NCBI GenBank assembly: GCA_963724295.1 | Contig: CAVRUC010000001.1 | Coordinates: 32,001 to 96,000 of the forward strand | Direction: 5' to 3' | DNA length: 64,000 bases | Source of the DNA: an uncultured Chloroflexia bacterium | Lineage (GTDB): Bacteria > Chloroflexota > Chloroflexia > Thermomicrobiales > UBA6265 | Shown: positions 61,521 to 64,000 of the stretch, piece by piece | Layout of the letters: every line of letters begins with the position of its first letter | How positions within the stretch are numbered: position 1 is the first letter of the stretch | Notes under the pieces: model-generated | Seen by the model: only the letters and a program-made list of their open reading frames with translations | Databases searched by the model: none | What the model was told of the DNA's origin: nothing | Position numbers and translations under genes: made by a program

Positions 61521-63782
61521 TCACGCCACGAACTTGCGCTTGTTGGCGACGTAGTCGACCAGGATGTATTCGCCCAGTCGATCCGGCGTAGCGACGAAGA
61601 CGCGGCCGGAGTTGATCCGCATCAAGTCATTGATGAACTGCACCATGTATGGCGAGCGCTCGAGCATGAACGTGTTGATGGTGATGCCGTCGCGCGTGCA
61701 GCGGACGACCTCTCGCAGCGTCTCCTGGAAGGTGCGCGGCGTCGGTGGATAGCTGAAGCGGACGTGTCCGTTGTCGAAGTGGGCCGTCGGCTCTCCGTCG
61801 GTGATGACGATGATCTGCCGGTTGGCGCCCTTTTGCCGCCCCAGGATCTGGCGCGCGAGCTGGAACCCATGCTGCATGTTCGTGCCGTAGTTGTACTCGT
61901 TCCAATCGATCGAGGGCAGTTCGCCGGGTTTGATCTCTTGCGCCAGGTACGAGAAGCCGATGATGCTCAGGTGATCGCGGGGGTACTTGCCGCGGATCAG
62001 CGAATCGAGGGCCAGCGCCACGCGCTTGGCGGCGTTGAAACAGCCGTTGTAGAGCATCGAGCGGCTCATATCGACCATCAGCACGGTGGCCGAGCGCGTC
62101 GTGTACTCGGTCCGGTAGACCTCGAAGTCACGCGGTGAAAGCCGCACGCCGAGCCGGGGGTCGGAGGACTGTTGCCACGGGCGAGGATCGTTGCCGCTGA
62201 CCGGGTCCGTACCTCCGACTTCCGACTCCCGACTTCCGACTCCCGTCCGCTGCACCGCGTTCATGATCGTCTTCGGAATATCGAGCAGGAACGGGTCACC
62301 GAACTCATAGGCCTTGGTGACGTCAGTGCGGTCGCCAGCGCCTCCTTCGCGGCGAAGATCGTGTTGACCCATGCGATCGCGTTTGAGATCGGCAAAGATA
62401 TCGGTGAGCGCCTTCTCGCCGATCTTGCGCACGCCCTGCGGGGTCAGCTCGTAGCCGCGCCGGGTCTGCCGAATGTAACCGGCCTCTTCCAACATGCGCG
62501 CGATCTGCCGCAGCTGCTCGAGCTGCTCGCCCTCTTCCTCGCCGAGAAGATCCCGGATCTTGTCGTCGTCCAGCGCGGCCAGGTCGTTCCAGTCGCGAAT
62601 GTCGCGAAACTGCGACTCGAGCTCGTCGTACTCACTGAGGCGGTCCATGAGCTGCATCGCCTGCTCGAGCGTCAGTGACTCGTCGCCCGAGAATTGATAA
62701 CCGCGGCGCCATTGTTCCGGTGGAATCAGCGCGCCGAGATTCTCGCCGAGGCGCGACATCTCCTGGCGCAGCCCATCATCCTGCATGGCGGCCTGCATCA
62801 GTCCTTGCAGCTCGCCCCGCTGGTCAGCCGACATGCTCTGCATGAGCTGACGCATGGCGCCCATCTGCTGCTGCATGCGCTGCATCAGGTCGTCCAGCGA
62901 GTTGAGTCCGGGACCGAAGAAATGTCCCCAACGATGCATGAACTCCTGGAAACCAGGGTCTTCACCGTTGCGACGCGCCTCGAGCATCTCATTGAGCTCT
63001 TGCATCATCTGCCGCATCTCGGCGATGTCGTCGGGCGTCATCTGCGAGAGCGCCTGTTGCATCCCCTGGAACGTCTGCTGGGTCATCTGCTGCTGCAGCA
63101 TGTCCAGCAGCTCCTGGAACTGCTGGCGCGCTTCAGGGGTCATGAAGTCATAGTCGGTCAGCGCCCGGATCGCCGCGGCGGGATCCGTGGGCAGCGCGTC
63201 AAGCTGTTGCAGACGCCGCTCGGCCATCGCTTCCAGGAGCTTCTGCAGATCGGCCTCCGGTTGCCCATTTGCTCCGCTTGAGTCTCCAGTTGCGCCGGAC
63301 TCGCTCGCGCCCTGTTGGCCGGTCTGGACGTCCTGGCTCGCTTGACCAGCTTGCTCGCCAGGCTTCGCTGATGCGTCTGTCCCTTCCCTTGCCTCCTGCT
63401 CAGGTGAGCGCTCAGCTTCGCTCTGACCTGGTGGCGTCTTTCGCGCCTCGTCGAGGCGCTTTGCGATCCCCTGGCGTTCGGTTTCGACAATCTGTTCGAT
63501 GCGGTCCGCGATATCACTGAGCATCGACTGCAGGTCGTAGCGTTCCAGTTGCTCCTGGCGACGATCGCGCAATCGTTGCATGAGCCCCTGTAGGCCCGGC
63601 ACATCTTCGCCGTCAGGTCGTTGAAAGCCCCAGCGGAACAGCCGCTGCATGGCTCGGTTGACATCGCCGTCCTGCATCAGATCCTCGGACATGGCGCGCA
63701 TCAGATCGTCCGCCGAGAGCGGTCCAATCTGCTGGGTGCCGTCCCAACGGGAATACCGCGAGCCAAAGCGATGGATGGGCAT
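61521..63782 (-). CDS. vWA-domain protein (chelatase/AAA+ partner type)
   Basis: RYSRWDGTQ N-terminus; MIDAS VDMSRSM, TNMQHG, VITDGEPTAH. Confidence 0.9.
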   Translation of the reverse strand: MPIHRFGSRYSRWDGTQQIGPLSADDLMRAMSEDLMQDGDVNRAMQRLFRWGFQRPDGEDVPGLQGLMQRLRDRRQEQLERYDLQSMLSDIADRIEQIVETERQGIAKRLDEARKTPPGQSEAERSPEQEAREGTDASAKPGEQAGQASQDVQTGQQGASESGATGDSSGANGQPEADLQKLLEAMAERRLQQLDALPTDPAAAIRALTDYDFMTPEARQQFQELLDMLQQQMTQQTFQGMQQALSQMTPDDIAEMRQMMQELNEMLEARRNGEDPGFQEFMHRWGHFFGPGLNSLDDLMQRMQQQMGAMRQLMQSMSADQRGELQGLMQAAMQDDGLRQEMSRLGENLGALIPPEQWRRGYQFSGDESLTLEQAMQLMDRLSEYDELESQFRDIRDWNDLAALDDDKIRDLLGEEEGEQLEQLRQIARMLEEAGYIRQTRRGYELTPQGVRKIGEKALTDIFADLKRDRMGQHDLRREGGAGDRTDVTKAYEFGDPFLLDIPKTIMNAVQRTGVGSRESEVGGTDPVSGNDPRPWQQSSDPRLGVRLSPRDFEVYRTEYTTRSATVLMVDMSRSMLYNGCFNAAKRVALALDSLIRGKYPRDHLSIIGFSYLAQEIKPGELPSIDWNEYNYGTNMQHGFQLARQILGRQKGANRQIIVITDGEPTAHFDNGHVRFSYPPTPRTFQETLREVVRCTRDGITINTFMLERSPYMVQFINDLMRINSGRVFVATPDRLGEYILVDYVANKRKFVA

Positions 63783-63792
63783 GGTGTCCTCC

Positions 63793-63866
63793 GAGTCGGC
63801 CCGTCGGTAAGTCGGTAAGGACGTGCGATCGACTGACCGACTTACCGACTCCCGACTTACCGACTA
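63793..63866. repeat. GTCGGTAA/TTACCGAC short tandem inverted repeat
   Basis: GTCGGTAAGTCGGTAAG ... CCGACTTACCGACTCCCGACTTACCGACTA. Confidence 0.75.
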
Positions 63867-64000
63867 GCGGTGATAGCGCGCCGGTCCCGAGTAGGTGCTT
63901 TCGTCCTTGTTCAGACGGCGATTGAGATGCAGGCCCTCGAGAATGAACTCGACCGCAGAGGCGACGGCGGCCGGATTCCCGCCGACATCCAGTTTGGCGA
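63864..64000 (-). CDS. C-terminus of a magnesium-chelatase-like AAA+ ATPase (partial)
   Basis: Minus-strand frame ...PAAVASAVEFILEGLHLNRRLNKDESTYSGPARYHR*, directly upstream of the vWA gene. Confidence 0.7.
   Translation of the reverse strand, partial: AKLDVGGNPAAVASAVEFILEGLHLNRRLNKDESTYSGPARYHR

Overview
High-GC chromosomal segment. The protein families and repeat style suggest a Chloroflexota (Thermomicrobiales-like) genome; this is an inference. Most of the window is core or housekeeping: msrA, thiDE, secA, selB, selA, DAHP synthase, prfA, hpf, dnaG, dgt, pcrA, tilS-hpt-ftsH, fabF, yggS, pgeF and five tRNAs, plus a partial Erm-like methyltransferase at the left edge. Three signals stand out. 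(1) A complete leaderless-uORF attenuator upstream of the DAHP synthase gene, whose 44-aa leader carries W-Y-G-F-V-F-F-G-Y and so could sense all three aromatic amino acids. (2) An ~8 kb sigma-54 module (45.2-52.9 kb) with a Cys-cluster RpoN, an NtrC-type activator with a degenerate HTH, a lone receiver protein and several stress-type small or ferritin-like genes. It contains six -24/-12 motifs, two of them facing each other in front of rpoN. (3) Several families of short-tandem or palindromic intergenic repeats. One overlaps stop codons repeatedly, and another sits in-frame inside a vWA gene. Four single-base frameshifts in otherwise intact genes are most likely sequencing errors. No CRISPR array, transposase, integrase or prophage was seen.
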